DNA of 64,000 bases from Chrysomallon squamiferum (taxonomy: Eukaryota > Animalia > Mollusca): the NCBI GenBank assembly GCA_012295275.1, contig CM022673.1, positions 27,342,001-27,406,000 of the forward strand, written 5' to 3'. This document shows positions 1 to 16,476 of this stretch, in pieces. The position numbers were made by a program, and so were the translations under genes. The notes beneath the pieces were generated by a model, which was not told the DNA's origin, searched no databases, and saw only the letters and a program-made list of their open reading frames with translations. How positions within the stretch are numbered: position 1 is the first letter of the stretch; each line of letters starts with the position of its first letter.

Positions 1-302
1 AATTACTTTTGGAAAATAATGATACGACGAAGTCCGATGATAAGGTTTGAAAGTAGTGCAAGTCATAATGATAATTTTGTATTGTTAGTTTATATGAATC
101 CAAAGGATATGTGACATGGATTAGATGTACATTAGTATTTCATTTACATTTTATTTGCTTTCCAGTTGTATAATTGAACAAAAAATAGTAATAATAATAA
201 AAAATAAAAACGAAACAAATTAACATGCACATATTTGTTTATTGCTCTTGTTTAAAAACTTTTTCGATACAGTATTCTATTTTAATGTGTTCTGAAGGAT
301 AA

Positions 303-343
<41 letters not shown>
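303..343. repeat. (AAT)n microsatellite, one of many in the window
   Basis: Perfect AAT repeat. Similar tracts at ~5793-5843, 16408-16473 and 25438-25500 explain the poly-N/Y/L/I ORFs in the ORF track. Confidence 0.95.
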
Positions 344-346
<3 letters not shown>

Positions 347-2384
347 TAATGAAAGCACTTCTCCAACTTTAGTGTTCTGAAACTGTGGCTGTTGACTTTG
401 CTGTCATGGTAACGCGAGCCGAACGAACAAAACAGAGATTTGAAAGTCTTGTTACGAATGGCTCGGGTCAGTGGACAGCTGTCTGCAACGATATCGTCAA
501 TAACGTCTTTCACAACAGCTTTACATCTGTACCTTTACTACCAGCACGGGAACTGGCAAGTTCAACAATTCAAAAAATATATATTCTAACATAAAAAGAT
601 AAAGAAAACTGATATCAGTTAAGTACACAAAAATAAAAGGAGGGGAAAACACGCAGACAAAAACCTATAATAAGAAGACAGCCCCATTAACCAAAAGTTA
701 GTTGCAAAAATTAAATGACATGAAACCATGAACTGGCAAGCTGCATGAAACATTTGCTATGATGGGAATGATTCAAGGTCATATTTCATAACTTGTTATT
801 GTCTTTAAAAAAAAAAAAAAAAACATTTACGTTTAAATTTTTTTTTTAAATACTTCATATTTTACACACACACACACACACACACAAATAAATACAAACA
901 CCCAAACATGGATATTAAACACAAATTCTTCTTATGATTATTATTACTATTAAATATCCCTAAATCAGTCACGAATACTGATAACAAAGAATTCTCATTG
1001 TAACTCAAGTTTTAAAATTATATAATTTCCGCACAGTATATCTTAGATTCAGATGATGGCTATTGTTAGTTTAAAACGAGGCTCTGCATTGATAACGTGA
1101 AGTGGAAACTTCCTATATAGGTGATGAGATTATCAGAAAATCAGTTGTAGTGTCGATAGGGCTAACTTAAAACCACCACGCCACATCTTGATGAAATGCG
1201 TTACGATTTGATAACATTTGTACGCTATAGTTACCCAGGTTAACAGAATAACCAATCAAAATGAACCAAACAGTTAAGTCTTATTTTTGAAATTCATTCA
1301 AAATCATTTTAATGATAAAATGTTGTATTTTTAAAAAATATATATTTATATATATTTATAGCAGTTTGTTTTAATTTTGGCTCTTATGTACCATCGTAAT
1401 TTACGTTTATAATGAAATGTCTAATTTTGACCATGGAATATGGTACCGATGTTAATCAAAACCGTTATTTTTAAAATTCAGTATTCGATAAAGTTGTTTA
1501 TAGAATGACGTCATAAAGGTGCACGAGAGTAATATAAATAAATAAATTAATTAATAATGTAAAAACTAAATTTAAAAATCAATCTAAAACAACAACAGAC
1601 TAACAAAAATAAGAACAAAAACTAAACAGAAGCAGAACAAGAGGCTAAACAGCCGCTTCGTGTAACTGCAATAAAAATCCTCAACGTGGTAATCGAAATA
1701 TCATCTTCAGTATTGACTGAAGCTGTTCTCACCTGTGTGGATAAGATGCCAGGTATTTACTTTACAGACTACAGCGAATTAAATATTACAAATGTTGTTT
1801 CTCAGGTTGAAGTACGTGCCATCTTATTATTTATGCATTTATTTATGCATTTATTTATGCATTTATTTATGCATTTATTATTATTATTATTATTATTATT
1901 AATTCCGCTAAATTAAAGCAAACCAAAAGGAAAAAATAAGAACAAAATTAACTTTGTTTTAAATTAAATTGGTTATGTCGGTCTCAGTATCATTCCAAAT
2001 TATATATACATATAATTATATTTAAATATTTAAAAATAATTATATTTATCATTGCAGTATTCCGTAAATCAACCAATTATAGAAACTAAAAATTATTTGC
2101 ATCGTGAAGATACAACAATATGCTGGTACAGCAGTGTGTAGTAGTTACTGGTAGTTATTGGTATTATTATTATTATTATTGTTATTAATAATAATAATAT
2201 TATTATTATTGTTATTAATAATAATATTATTATTATTATAATTATTTTTATTATTATTATTATTATTATTATTGTTATCATCATCATCACAGTAATTCAG
2301 TACTTCATTCTTCTACTGATCTGACGGTACTAGACGGTGTTTGTGTGTGTGTGTGTGTGTGTAAATCTATCTATCTATCTATAT

Positions 2385-2415
<31 letters not shown>

Positions 2416-2741
2416 GCACCGTTCTTAGATAAGATACAATCTTACCCCATAAAAAATAGATAAATGAACTTAACTTTTTTTTTTTTTTTTTTTCGGCACA
2501 CTATTCTCCTTCAACTGAGCTGACGATGCTAGAATATATTTAATTTAAATGTTTCACTCACCTGGATGGGTGACGACTGCATTGTTCTGAGGAGGTTTGT
2601 ATTGTTTTTTACACGCATCTTCGTCTAGAAACAGCCTGGTTCAGAGTAATAAAATACATCAGTAAACAGTTAATATTGATTCCAGTGGCTACTTGGAGAA
2701 CCATGTGTTTTTATGCAGACAGTATAGATGACTGATATATT

Positions 2742-2778
<37 letters not shown>

Positions 2779-3100
2779 ATTTTAGAATAACGATAATGAT
2801 GTTAATAATAAAAAGAAGAAAGAGAAAAAAAAAAAAAAAAAAAAGAAGAAAATGAAAAACAAAAATAAGAATAAGAAGGAGGAGGCTCTTTAAATACGAA
2901 AATAATTCACATAGATACATATACAGATTAAATCTGAAGTTTACTATCGGAGAGAAAAATATATGAGCACGTGCTAGGAGAAATTTCATACATTTTTATG
3001 GTTGTAACTACTGGCATTTAGGAAGAAAACTTACAATACAGGAAACAAAATTTCAAAAAAATATAAATTAAACTATAAAAGCATATATAAAATTTAACAT

Positions 3101-3225
3101 TTGCGGGAGCTGGTTTTAACTTGGTGACAGAGAGTTTCTCTAAGGAATCAATGGTCGGAGGATCAGAACTTTTACTTTAGCAATTATGAAATATCCCGTG
3201 TCAACTAGTGTCAGGTGAATCAAAT
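3101..3225 (+). mobile_element. Degenerate tRNA-derived SINE 5' fragment
   Basis: Shares GGGAGC(T/A)GGTTTTAACTTG at the start and GGTGAATCAAA at the end with 10495-10615. It also has a B-box-like GGTCGGAGGATC. Resembles a gastropod tRNA-SINE from memory, not from a search. Confidence 0.5.
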
Positions 3226-3807
3226 ATGTGAATTATTCTATCTACTGGTAGAGTTAATACAATTCCATGCTATCAGATGATATGAATAGTTCAAAGAGAG
3301 TCAGAAATTAATAATAATAATGTTAATGATTTCCAATACATGGTTATGCAAGACCTATTCAAAAATGTAAGTTATGTAAACGAAGTTAATTCCTTACCAT
3401 TTTAATTGGATGAAAAATAAATATATTCAAATATAAATCATTTTCGACACAAACTTTGTTTTTCCAGTTTAGTTCATTTCTAAAGCTTCTGAATGAAAAA
3501 TTAGAAAGAAGAAGAACTAATGTTGTTGAAAACTAATTTTAAAAATGTTTGTGTGTTATAATAAAAAGGTTTTTAAAATTTCTTTAAAAAAATAAAATAA
3601 AATAAGCCATATGTTTTATAACATATTTAAAAAATAAACAAATAAATAAATAAATAAAACAGTTCTTAGATATTCATAAAATATAGAAATAAATTTTAAC
3701 AAATATATATTTTAATATTTTGAGAAAGAAAAACAAAACTATTTTACATTTATATTTCGATTTCGTTTTGATAATCAAAATCATGTTACTTACTTTTACA
3801 ATAACTT

Positions 3808-3999
3808 TGTCCACGTTTTAGTTAAATGTGTGGGCTCTGCCTTCCTTTTATTGGCTTGGTCGGCGGTGGGAAAAAACCATCTGCCTCGCTGCGGTCCCGC
3901 GCAGGCCATACGAAAGTGAGGCTGTGCCACCCGACTGGTACTCACACTTACCCCTAATCGCGCAGAACACAGCCCACGTTTCTCAGTTTTGTGGGACAA
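3808..3999 (+). other. GC-rich element with nested inverted repeats (candidate structured RNA or cis element)
   Basis: About 59% GC over 3828-3977 by hand count, in very AT-rich surroundings. Pairings: GTGGGCT 3830-36/AGCCCAC 3971-77, CTGC/GCAG, TGGTCGG 3857-63/CCGACTG 3931-37, and a GAAA-capped hairpin at 3905-3922. No known family recognised. Confidence 0.35.
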
Positions 4000-4163
4000 T
4001 TTTTATTATCGCTTTATTCAAATTTAGGGATCACTAGATAAACAGTCATCTGCCTTCTGATATTATCTGCACGAATGTTTCTGAATAAAGTTAAATTTCG
4101 TTATTGTCGTTTGCGTAGGAAATGCTCTAGCAGTTATGAAATTTATAACTTTTTAAGTTCTGT

Positions 4164-4166
<3 letters not shown>

Positions 4167-4235
<69 letters not shown>
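4167..4235. repeat. (CT)n microsatellite
   Basis: Perfect CT dinucleotide run. Confidence 0.95.
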
Positions 4236-4241
<6 letters not shown>

Positions 4242-4948
4242 GTGTTTTTGTGAAGTGATTTTAAATTATAAAAGCATACAAAAAAAAAAAACAAAAATAT
4301 AAAAGCAGACATATATTTTGTATCCTGTATATATTGACATTATAATTTATTGTCATCCACACAATATAAAAAAAAACTGTGTTGGTTTATAATAGATGTC
4401 CTTTAACTCTAGCTTAAGCACTTCTTTATCTCATGTACTGTACTTAAATTTCATACATTCAGCAGAACTTATTATGCTATTAAGATAAAGCCTACATGTA
4501 AAATACTTGAAAAAAAAATTCGTTTATCTTGTGCATAGAAATAGTATTAATAAAAGAATTTTTACTTTTAAAAACAAGATAATTTGTCAGAATAAAATAA
4601 AATAAAATAGCAATAACAATAACGGTAACAGTAACAGTAAAATATCAGTTCGCAAGGTGCTAAGAAATGGAAATGGAATACTGTTGTCGAAAACTAGGGC
4701 AGCTACAAGGGGTAATAGCAAGGGCGGGTTTTGCTCAAGGAACATAAAAAAAAAACTATGCACTGATCCCACAATATTATTCTCCAGTTCTGCAGTCAAG
4801 AGCAATAACGTCGTTTTTTGAAAAAAAAATGTTTGAAAAATGTTTCTTATAAATGTAATTAGTATTAATAACATTGTCAGTATCCTATCCACGTTTCTTA
4901 ATGTTTTAAGAGAGACAATAAATGTTAATGACACAAACACATACACAA

Positions 4949-4981
<33 letters not shown>

Positions 4982-5790
4982 TTAAAATGTTGTTTTCTGT
5001 GGATTTGAATGACAGTTTGTATTTTTAAATCGTGCGATACACGTAAAGCCCTGTGAATAAATACGAATGTTGTCTTCATCTTATCCGGGGATTGGTGGAA
5101 CGTGGCAAAATTCCCACGGTCGCAACAAGTCCACAGCAACGTATAAACGTGCATGTCCTTTAACATGAGTGACTATTGCTTTTCTTAGACTTTCCAAGAC
5201 GTTTTGACTTATAGCAATATGTATTAAGTATTTACTCTTTAAATATTGAAATTATGTATGTCTTTTCTTTTCTTTCTTATGAATAACGAATTTATTTTGT
5301 GGATAAGGTTATTTACTGTAGAGACTGTAGTTAAATGACGTCATGCGCATTTTATAACTAATGAGTTTCCGGTTGTAAACTTACGGTAAAAAGGGGAAAT
5401 CTGGCTCCTAGAATATTTTTTAGAAAATGACAAAATATAATTTCTGGGTTGGATTTCACGAAATTATACACCGTACCAATTTCTTCTTGTCTGGGAGAGC
5501 ACTTGTCCCCACCAACCCGCTGGGTACTCACTTGGTTATAAATATATACTGACATGATCATTAAATGCATAAATTATCAATGATAAAGTATATCGACTAT
5601 ATAGATAACAACAATAATAATTTCGGGTTTTTTTTTTCTTTTGTTGTTGTTTTTGCTGAAACTGTTTATACAATTTATAAACCGCTTAAAAAATGTCGTG
5701 AAACTTGTCATATTTGTATTTTCATTATGTTTTTATTATATACTTTACAATAAAAAAAATTACTACTACTAGTATCATCACTACTACTCC

Positions 5791-5845
<55 letters not shown>

Positions 5846-6255
5846 CCTGAATTAATAAATTAAACATACAAGAAGAAAAAAAACCTACCAAGATAAAGAA
5901 ATTTATTTGCCTGTAGATGTTTTCAGAGCTCGCTAATTATTATCACACCCGATAAAAAAAAAATTCGAATGCCTCTAAAATCAAAGAATTAAAACCAAAT
6001 TAAATTTGTTTTTCTTGTACTGCCGCTGAACGTTTGTCGTTGACATGGAAACGCTATGTAAATGCATTAATGACGTAATACAGAATAATGGAACTGTCAA
6101 AAGTTAGGATTATCTTTGAAGCAGTAGCAGAACAATAATACATTTTTTCAGTAATTTTCGTGATGGAAAAATATCTCTCATTTACTTGGCTATCCTCTTA
6201 ACATTTTGTTAGACAAGAAAGGAACAGAAAAAGTCGAAGGTACGAATTATTTGCG

Positions 6256-6321
<66 letters not shown>

Positions 6322-6400
6322 CGCCTTCACTTGAACTGATTTACCTAAAGTCATGACTGAAATGAAATAACTCATTATAATTTAATTTTTCTTCTTATTA

Positions 6401-6445
<45 letters not shown>

Positions 6446-7516
6446 TTTCTTACATGATTTATATAATCAACTTAATTATTAATACTACTGACTATCTAAA
6501 ATAATTTTAAAAACAATGTAATGACAAACAAATTTATTAAGATAAATATTATAAATGTAAATATATTTTTGTTCAGAAATAAAAAGTACAGAACAAGAAA
6601 AATAAAGTCACTGTGAAAATTAACAAATATAACAAATTTAAAAATTCTAATAAAAACCTACTCCAATAATAAAACAGATTATGCCATACTATTATTAAAA
6701 AGTATGCTTTAAACATTGAGATGGATATATTTATAAGAAATGCCAAATTCCTTATTTTTAACTGACAAATGTTCTTTTTTTCTTAACTGTGATACAAATA
6801 AAATTTAATTCACTAATAACAAATGCCAAAATATAGTGTGTTTTTAGTTTTTAAATGTGCTATCCTCTCTGTTGAAAGAGATTGCACTTAGAGTTGTTTC
6901 CCTTAGATTTTGAAGTTTTTCTTTAAAAAAGCAAAGAAAAAGAACAAGAAGTTGATATGACGTATGAGAGAAACAAAGACAGACATTATAATCCTTGTAT
7001 TAACATACATTATATTGTGACAAAATCTTACATAATTATCAGCTGCATACATAAATATACAAACATATACTAAAAATGTTTGTGAGTAAAAATTATGTAT
7101 TTTGTCTTAAACACATTTCAGTGAAATACAAGACATATCAATACAATAAATTCAGTGCAAAGACGATTTTTTAACGAGTAAAATAATTTATTTAACCTAA
7201 AAAGCCCAAACCTGCAAAAACCATTGCTCCAGACCACATGAAAGTAAAACGGTGCTTTCATTTTTTGTGTGTTGAAAATACAATTCTGATTAAATTCATG
7301 ACAGAAATAAGATGATGATATAAAATAATAGTTTTATAATTATTAGTAAATGAATGGAAGAATGTATAGAGTAGATAAATCAAGGCAAAAACAATTTCCA
7401 GAATATGTATGAAAAAAAAATGCACTAAACAATGCCATCTGAATTTTTGAAAAAAAAAAAAACACATTTTGATTGTAATAGCTTATGATAGTTAATAAAA
7501 CTGTGCATGTTAAATA

Positions 7517-11801
<4,285 letters not shown>

Positions 11802-11839
11802 GATACTCGAGTAATTTGCATTTTGACAACAGCTGACAT

Positions 11840-12130
11840 GTGTAAATAATGTGGCCTGATGTTTGGGTTATGTTAAAAATAATATTTCAAACAATGCGGA
11901 ACGCAAAATAATCTAAATTAAATAACCCGCCCAACTTAGATGTCGTAAACATTAGAACATTAAAAAAAATATTTTTTGGTTTTGCATGTTACTTTGTTTT
12001 GCTTTTAGAAAATGTGTTAGTAATCTATATCAAAAAATTATTAATTTGTAATTTTGCCACATTTAAGGAAAATGATTGCGCCATATGATCATAATATTAA
12101 TAGTAATACGTATCAATAGTTTAATACCAC
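11840..12130. promoter_or_regulatory. Probable bidirectional promoter of IDI1 and ANKZF1
   Basis: Short gap between the IDI1 first exon (-) and a probable ANKZF1 non-coding exon (~12130-12236, followed by GTAAGT donors). GC-box-like CCCGCCC at ~11926. Start sites not determined. Confidence 0.55.
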
Positions 12131-12475
12131 TTCCTATGGGATAGAAGGAACGCTAGATAACTGAAACAGACAGAAGGAAGTACCAGCTTTTCGTTAAGGG
12201 GATCGAAATAATCAAGGAAGAAAGAACAAAGTATAAGTAAGTAAGTAAGTAAGTAAGTAAGAAGGTAATAATAATAATAATAATAATAAATATTATTATT
12301 ATTATTATTATTATATTTTTAAAATAGAGAGGCCCATTAATTATTGGAAAGGTTTGGTTAATTTGATTGAAACTGTATTTCAAACTGACATTAATTTATT
12401 AAATTAACTATATATTTCCCTCACCATTTCCATTAGCTGTAAAAATTGTTTTGGTTATCTTCATTCCAGATAGCT

Positions 12476-14750
12476 ATGGCACTCAGTGTTCTTAAGTCAC
12501 CTAGAAAATTACAAAGAAGAAAGACAGGCAGTTATTCCTCTTGCTTACTGTATGACGACATAATCAAAGATAAACTCCAGGGTATTATACTTGCTGAATG
12601 CAACCCAGCAGTTGAAAATGTTACTGCATCTAATTTACATACACCAGGTAAGTTTATAACATTTGGAAAACATTGTATATATTATATATATATTAATACA
12701 TTTATATATGTTTGCACCTACTCACACATACACCTATCTACACATAGTCACCTCAAATATATTGCATACACACATAGACAAACACACTGACACACATAAA
12801 CATAAGCATATGTACCAAACGATTGACACACATAAACACACACACGCACACACACACACAGACATACAGAGAGACAAATTCACTGACACACATCTGTCTA
12901 CCCAGTATGAAAATGGACAATCTGATATACATGAAACATGAATATATGTACATGTATTTAACCTGATCAAATTAAAAACGACCCTCGAAATAAATTTAAA
13001 ACCATCAATAAAAATGTAATATGAATCTGGAATAAATACATCTTAAATTAATTTTTGCAACTGACAGCTACTTACTTGTTTTTCTGTTTTTTTCAGATCA
13101 AGAACATCATCGGCATCATCATTATTATCATCATCATCATCATCATCATCATCATCTTCATCACCAACCTCATATACCAGAAAAAATGTTTTGTAACTGT
13201 TGTGCTGTTGAGTTTTCATGCAGGCAAGATCAGGTATAAACAATAGTTTATGAACTACAAAAAGAAATTATTTTTAGAAACGGTTTAATTATTATACTAT
13301 AAAATTGTGTGTGTGTGTGTGTATAAAATAACATAAAAAATGGTTGGGGCAGATTAATAAATGAAATAACATGTATGAGTTTTATGTTCTTGGGTAAATT
13401 CGTGCTTTATAAAAAGGAAATAGCCATCAGTTTGATATATAAAACTTCCAGGGTAAAATTAGTTTTATTATAAAGAAAAAGAAGTTCAGTGTCATGTTTG
13501 TTTAATCCCAATGTATATAAGTCTTGAAAAAAGGAGATAGGAAATATCTGGTTTTAGAAGTATACAAAATTTAACAGGTTGTTAACAATTACAGTTAAAT
13601 ATGTTGTATGTTTTTCATTCAGAGAGATCATTACAAATCTGACTGGCATAGATACAACTTGAAGCTCAAATTGAAATCATTGTGTTCTGTATCAGAAGAA
13701 GACTTTGAGCAAATAGCAGGTGAAGCTTAATTTTTTATTTTATTGTTTGACTGATGTGTCAATGAAATCATTCAGTAAGTTCTTTTCTTTTTATTCTTTT
13801 TTTTATATCTTGTCAGCACAAACCATTCATCCTGATTATCCAGTATAGACTTCAGTGAAGCAAAGAATATTTTCATCATCAGAAAACAAATTTATAAAAA
13901 CATATTCATGATCTTACATATCAAATCAGGGATTAAGTTGATTTTGGGTGTACAGCAGATATTCACATTCCTTGTATTATAAGTTTTAATTTGATACCAT
14001 TCCCATCAGTGGTAGCTGGTAAACAATTACTGCAACTTAATCAGTGATGTGATTATATATAGACCACTTATTTTCTACAGATCTTTAAACTGTTAACTGT
14101 CTTGTGGCTTTATATTTTGATCTTTCGCCACGAAAATCTTTCTTCAGCCATAACCGTTTTCTCCATTCCTCAGGTGATGTGTCAAGTATTTCTGGCTCTG
14201 AAGAAGATTCAGACTCTGACACAGAAAGTGACTGCAGCGTTAGTGGCGTGAGACACAGGACAAGGCTCCTGCCTTTTCCTGATCACGTCTGCAGTTCCTC
14301 ATCTCACAGTGGCACTGACAGTGAGACAGAGAGCTGGGATGGAAATGTGAGAAAATACCCCAAAGTTTACTTCACAAATATCGTGGGAGAGATGCTTTCT
14401 GTTTACAGGTGTCTTCTTTATCACAAAAAGGTAGATTTTTTTTATGATTATCTTTGAAATATAAGTAGTTAGTGTAGCAAAGATTATTTTGGGAGTATAT
14501 GTTAATGTTTACTGAAAATAGTTATTAGCTTTTAAACTATATAATAAATTAATTTTGAGGTATATCTTACTTTTTAACCAAAGTTTGTGAATTAATTATA
14601 TTTTTGTTTTTTGAATACTTTTTGTTTTAATCATATCTTTTACAAAACTTCCAAAATGGCATATGAAAATATGATATTTGTTTTTTAATTTGAATTTCAA
14701 CAATAAATATTGCTAACAGATACTGTTGTTTATTTATCCATTAAACAAAG

Positions 14751-14791
<41 letters not shown>

Positions 14792-15064
14792 ATGACAGAG
14801 GAATTCTTTACATAAAACTATAAGTAAAACTAAAATATCTTGCTCTGACAGAAGCCACCAATATCTCAGACTGCGATGCTTGACACTGTAATGGCTCTAC
14901 CAAAGCAAGAAAAATGGCTGATACTCATGACAGCTGGTGGACATTTTGCTGGTGCTGTGTTTGACTGGTATAAATAATCAGATTTTTCTGGCTAAAATAT
15001 AAAAATAAAATTGAATACTATTTACCTAAAAGTGGTTACATATTTAAAAAACTATAAAATCATA

Positions 15065-15095
<31 letters not shown>

Positions 15096-16415
15096 TATAT
15101 TTTTTTAATATATTTTATATTTTTTAAATCTTTAACACTTTAAAGTAAACACATTTAAAATGTTTAATGTTTGGTTTGATAGTGGGTTCTTTTTAAACCT
15201 CTCAGTTACTATTTAATTTGATATCCAATTATAACCTTTTCATACCTTTTATTTTTCAACTACCATGACCTGCTTCTTCAAACAGTTGATTTGATGAGAA
15301 CTAAAGGGAAAGGGTAAGGTTACAAAAAGAAAAAGAAAGAAAATTAATAAATAGGACCAGATTGATACAAACTACTTTCAAAAAATCAAAGCCATTTAAT
15401 TGTTATTTTTGTATATTTTATTAAATTTAATACCACAATCACATCCTGTATTTAGTGGAGTAATGGTTGCTCATAAGACATTTCATCGCTATGTGGTCAG
15501 AGCTAAAAGGGGAACAGCGCAAGGTAGCAGGGACAGTCAGGGAAATGCTCCCAAATCAGCTGGAGCAAGTCTGAGAAGATACAACGAGGCAGCTTTAATT
15601 CAGGTAAAATATTTCAGGGAACTTCTTCCTCTTAGTCAAGACAGCAGATTGCAGGTCTTTTATAAAACAATATTTAGGCCCTAACATGATCAGGGGACTG
15701 ATCCAGGATTCCAGATAAGGACAAATGATGATATCACCTTCTAGTCAGAGATTTAAACACTGAGCTATAGCCTAAACTTCGTTAGGTGAAGGGTGAAATA
15801 CTTGTAATGTTTCTGTAAGTGATATTTAAAACTTAATGTAGATATTTGATAAAAGGACAGGAAAATCATTGTTTATAGAGTTTGGAATACTTAAGCCAAG
15901 GATAAAGTCTTTAAAAATGTTGTATGCTCTATGTTGACATCTTTGGTCATATCATTAAAACAAAAAAATCTCTAGATTATTTTTCCCATCTGTCATTTGT
16001 TATCCAGATCAGTGATGATAATTTTAACATGAACTAACATTAAAATATGATTTTTTTCACAGATTAATAATAAAATATTATATAAACTCTGATTGTAGAG
16101 TGTGTAATTAGTAACTTAATAGTATATTGAAATATCTGTGTTCTCTGTTTACTACAGGAAGTTCAGGAATTGATGGTAAGTTGGTCTGACTTTATCAAGA
16201 AATGTGACTTGATCTTTCTGCGAGCTCCAAGTTTCAACAGACATATGTTTTATGGAGGAAAGAATCCTTTTTTCAGTAAATGTGACATAAGAATTCGAAC
16301 CATTCCATTTGCAACAAGACGACCAACATTAAATGAAGTAAAAAGAGTTTACCATATGTTGGCATCAGTGGAATTTTATGGTAAGTCTAATGTAAATATT
16401 AATGTACTATTATTA

Positions 16416-16476
<61 letters not shown>

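Noticed and set aside
277-2640. Higher-GC patches and short ORFs (277-513 -, 385-594 +, 1686-1916 +, 2562-2636 -) as exons of a coding gene
   Set aside because: I could not join them into a phase-consistent open frame on either strand, and recognised no protein family. Left uncalled.
3808-4040. Telomerase RNA, H/ACA RNA, RNase P/MRP, or HDV/twister ribozyme identity for the GC-rich element
   Set aside because: No AACCCTAA-type template, P4 consensus or catalytic core motifs. The ACA after the minus-strand stem and the CCCTAA hexamers are too weak on their own.
12663-12970. His/Thr-rich and Cys/Val-rich ORFs
   Set aside because: Translations of a degenerate (CA)n tract inside the first ANKZF1 coding intron.
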